A stretch of DNA of 63,659 bases, counting the filler, from Lenisia limosa (lineage: Eukaryota; Protista; Breviatea), in NCBI GenBank assembly GCA_001655205.1. It is 13 parts of 13 records of this genome, joined end to end, with 100 filler letters (N's around TTAATTAATTAA, not from the genome) between each part and the next. Parts side by side here need not be neighbours in the genome. Positions count along the whole stretch, not along the records: positions 60,264 to 62,250 come from LPNZ01007464.1; positions 62,351 to 63,659 come from LPNZ01006700.1; 11 more parts are not named here. The stretch is one strand, 5' to 3'. The notes below the pieces were generated by a model. It was not told where the DNA came from. It worked only from the letters and a program-made list of their open reading frames with translations, and searched no databases. Made by a program: the position numbers and the translations under genes. Shown in pieces: positions 60,264 through 63,659 of the stretch. The stretch's first letter is position 1. Every line of letters starts with the position of its first letter.

Positions 60264-63200
60264 GCAAAGCTATGATCGCTTACAATGAAGTCCGGCGTCA
60301 CAACTTTTCTAAATGTTTCCACAAGAAGAGGTTCAATTGCCGAATGGCTTGAGCCCGATACCGGATTCGTTGCCAAAAGATAACCTATTATCATGATATT
60401 TTGCAACGTGTAGCTCAAACCACGATCGGAAGTAACCGTTTGGAGTACCGCCTTCAATGAGACTCTCTCGCCATTATCGTCCAGAGCTGTTATTGGTGAT
60501 ACCTAGAAAAATAATGAATAAATAACAACAGACACACGAGCCTACCACATCGAACGTCAAGTCGTGACTTGCCCCTTTCAATGGTTCAGATTCAACAAGC
60601 TTCTCAATTGCTTCAAAAGGAATAACCTTTATAGATTCTTCAAACACCACTAACAAATGAAAGGTAAAACAGCCAACCATTCACCAAATCTTCTGTAATA
60701 AGACTATCAGTGTCAAACAGAATCTCCTTCTGGAAAACAAAGGCCTCCACCGCGACATTGGGGACAATTTCGTCCCAACCTACAAGTTTAACCAGATTAT
60801 ATCCCAGGAATTTACCTCACAAGTAAGGTTAAAAATGCCTCAAGAATACAATAAATCATTATATACTATATCATATCATATATATTATAGTTTATAAGTA
60901 TGACATATGATTTACATTTTTAAGAACTTAGATAGAAGTTGGATATTTCGACCTCTTCGACATAAATAACATGAAACTTCTCTCTTCAAAAGCGTCAAAA
61001 AGCAAAACAAACCACAGCGTGAAAATAATACCTTGAAGATTCAGCAAGTTTTCGTAGCACTGGACTTGGTAAAGGTCCATCAAGCATCGTCTCAGGTCAG
61101 CTTATGAAGTTCGACGTAATAACTAAAGGGACATAAACCTCACAATATTAACCAACAGATTTGCATGCAAAGTGCAGTAGATTTTCGGTTAACAGGTATT
61201 TTCCCGTGAAAACACACTTCGGCAAGAGTTTAATTTGGAATCCTATAGAGTGATTAATAAATAACTACATAGTTGAAAACAATACCATCATGATTCGAAA
61301 TTGCAGCCCATTTCAAAATACCCTATAAACTGTTAAAACGAAAATTGGGTCACCTACAGAAATGCCGACAATGGTTGAATGGTTGCGGCGTCTCTACGAT
61401 GGAAGTCGGACGACGAGAGGTCTATGTGCTGAATACACCAGATACTCCGTGTACTTGTGTGGAGAAGGAACAATGTCGCAACAGTGGCCACCACCACAGG
61501 TAACAGGCACCATAGTTTCTCACGCAGAATTGCAGTAGTAGCTGCGAAGAACCTTTAATGAGCCACAGGTTGACTTGACAACCGAATGTGGCGTGTCAGA
61601 TATGGAAAGGGCAAGGTTTTAAGCACAATCAATATTTGAAAGCAAGAATAAGCGAAGCAAATGAAACATACAGGAACGGGCAAGGGGATGTCAACATAAA
61701 CCGGATCATTGTTGGTGTATTCAGCTTCAACACAATCTGCAACAATTTCTTCGTCCTTGTGGTGAGAAAGAAAGGAACCCATACTGGATAATTACGCTGT
61801 CTCTTTGCGGTTAACTCTCGTTCTATTCCGCGCGATTTGCGTCAATCATCATGGGATCGGGTTGTGTACGGATTTTGCGTATGCACTTCACTCAATTCAA
61901 CGCTNNNNNNNNNNACTTCAACACAATCTGCAACAATTTCCTCGTCCTGGTGGTGAGAAAGAAAGGAAACCATACTGGACAATCACGCTGTCTCTTTGCG
62001 GTTAACTCTCGTTCTATTCCGCGCGATTTGCGTCTATCATCATGGGATCGGGTTGTGTACGGATTTTGCGTATGCACTTCACTCAATTCAACGCTATTTA
62101 GTAAACAAAAGAAAGAATTATATATGATCATATCATATGTAGCTACTACATATGATATACAAAATATACATAGTATATTATACAGTATATTACCAGATAA
62201 AATATACAACCTATAAAGTAAAAGTTTTAATACCTCTTCGGCATCATATCNNNNNNNNNNNNNNNNNNNNNNNNNNNNNNNNNNNNNNNNNNNNTTAATT
62301 AATTAANNNNNNNNNNNNNNNNNNNNNNNNNNNNNNNNNNNNNNNNNNNNGCAACCAAGGACAGCGAAGGCGGCTCAACAGCGTCGATGGGGCGAGTGGC
62401 CAACAATCGGTCCCACCACCATGATGACTCCCAAAGATGTACCGATACTGTCACCGTCTGTGTTTCGTTACAACTGATATCGGGCTTCCCACCTGGATGG
62501 CCGAGCTGATGGTGATGGACGGAAGGAAGTTTGATAGCGACGTGAGAGTTGGAGACAACAGGGCATGCTCGGATCGTGAGCTTTCCTCCAATGACGATAT
62601 TGATGTCATCTAAATAGTTATTCTGTTTCCATCTGAACAAAGCTGTTATGTTCCATTGTTGGTGGTTCCCAAAAACAATAGGGGAAGCCATAGTCTCTGA
62701 TTAAATTGCATCCTTTCCTCTATTAATTAATCATTATGTAACTGTATACAACGAATGCTCCTGGAACCCCCTCACCTTATCAAAAAGAACATTCACATTT
62801 GCTCCCCATTGGAAATCACACTCGATGAAGACAGCGGCGTCAGTTACACAAGTGTATAATCTGAGTAGTATCTTATATAGCGTATGAGCGAATGTGAAGT
62901 AGAAGAAGGCTACAGGGCTACAGGCAAGCTACAGCTACCAGCACCAAGCCCTGAAAACAAAAGAACAAACCAATCACAAGTAATCCTTTTTATTTGGAAC
63001 GTTTTTACCAGTCTTTACCTCTTCTCGTTACCCTCATCCCGCAGTTCTAGTATTTTTATATTTTTATACCTGTAACGACCAGAAATAAGCGAATTGCACT
63101 TGTTCCTCTGTTCCTCCCACGCATCATCATTTGGTCAAAGCTCTGTGCTTAATTTATAATGTCAGACTCTGGATTTTCCTTTTACCGCAAACCTGCTCCC

Positions 63201-63530
63201 TACTTCCCGAAGGTGTCAAAGCTTGCCAACGATCCGTCAAGCTTCATCACCAATCTAGCTCCCTTGGGTTGGCATGCAGTTTTTTTTGTTGTTGTTGCTG
63301 CTGTGGTTTTTGAATCTAATTAACGTTTAGAATTCACGATACCGGATGAGGCCAATAAGGCGTTTGAAGGTGGGATATGTGGGTTACACCCTCACCAACA
63401 TAAACCTGTTTGTTTTTAGTCTGATTTTTTATTATTATTTATTTCCTGTAGAGGAGACATCAACAAAACCCAGCCTTCTTGTTGAAACCACAATTCCAAC
63501 TGTTGGATGGGCTGTTGTATTGAGTATACC
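60264..63530 (-). CDS. Large hypothetical multi-exon protein (fragments on two scaffolds), partial
   Basis: Open exons such as VSPITALDDNGERVSLKAVLQTV, VNLVGWDEIVPNVAVEAFVFQ, EYTNNDPVYVDIPLPVP and LNIVIGGKLTIRACPVV, with GT/AG flanks. Confidence 0.4.
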
Positions 63531-63659
63531 ACATACTACTCCATGTGATAAATGTATATGTACATATATATGTATATGTCTGTTGAAATCATGTGTTGCG
63601 GTTTCATTATTTGATTAAGATTGAGATTACTTTCAAAAACAGAAGGGAAATAGGGTTTC

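Noticed and set aside
61725-62096. ~180 bp tandem duplication with about 6 differences
   Set aside because: The copies are separated by a 10-N gap, so these are most likely two alleles scaffolded in series.

Overview
Eukaryotic, AT-rich (~38% GC by eye), very intron-dense nuclear DNA, probably from a flagellated protist (TOGARAM/crescerin, dynein-IC-like WD40, ASH-like and Sfi1-like genes). It appears to use the standard genetic code, with mostly short GT-AG introns. The window is 13 draft scaffolds joined by an artificial N44-TTAATTAATTAA-N44 linker, so adjacency across linkers is unproven. Recognisable genes: ribophorin II, a divergent RFC3/Rfc5, TOGARAM1-like, RPN8/PSMD7, a TetA-like MFS transporter, SmF, TMEM243-like, PP2A B55, ATG8 and tRNA-Phe(GAA). 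Mobile DNA: relics of a tyrosine-recombinase retrotransposon with split direct repeats (PAT/Ngaro type), a ~100 bp TIR MITE family and a possible IS630/pogo transposase relic. The most unusual signal is intron architecture. Two unexplained interspersed repeat families lie sense-strand inside introns wherever the host gene direction is known, and one repeatedly supplies the pyrimidine tract and 3' splice site. Many introns start with G-runs and end with C-runs, splice sites are repeatedly tandem-duplicated, and one gene has a perfect U12-type ATATCCTT donor at a junction that canonical splicing does not close. Exon boundaries were read by eye and coordinates of multi-exon models are approximate.
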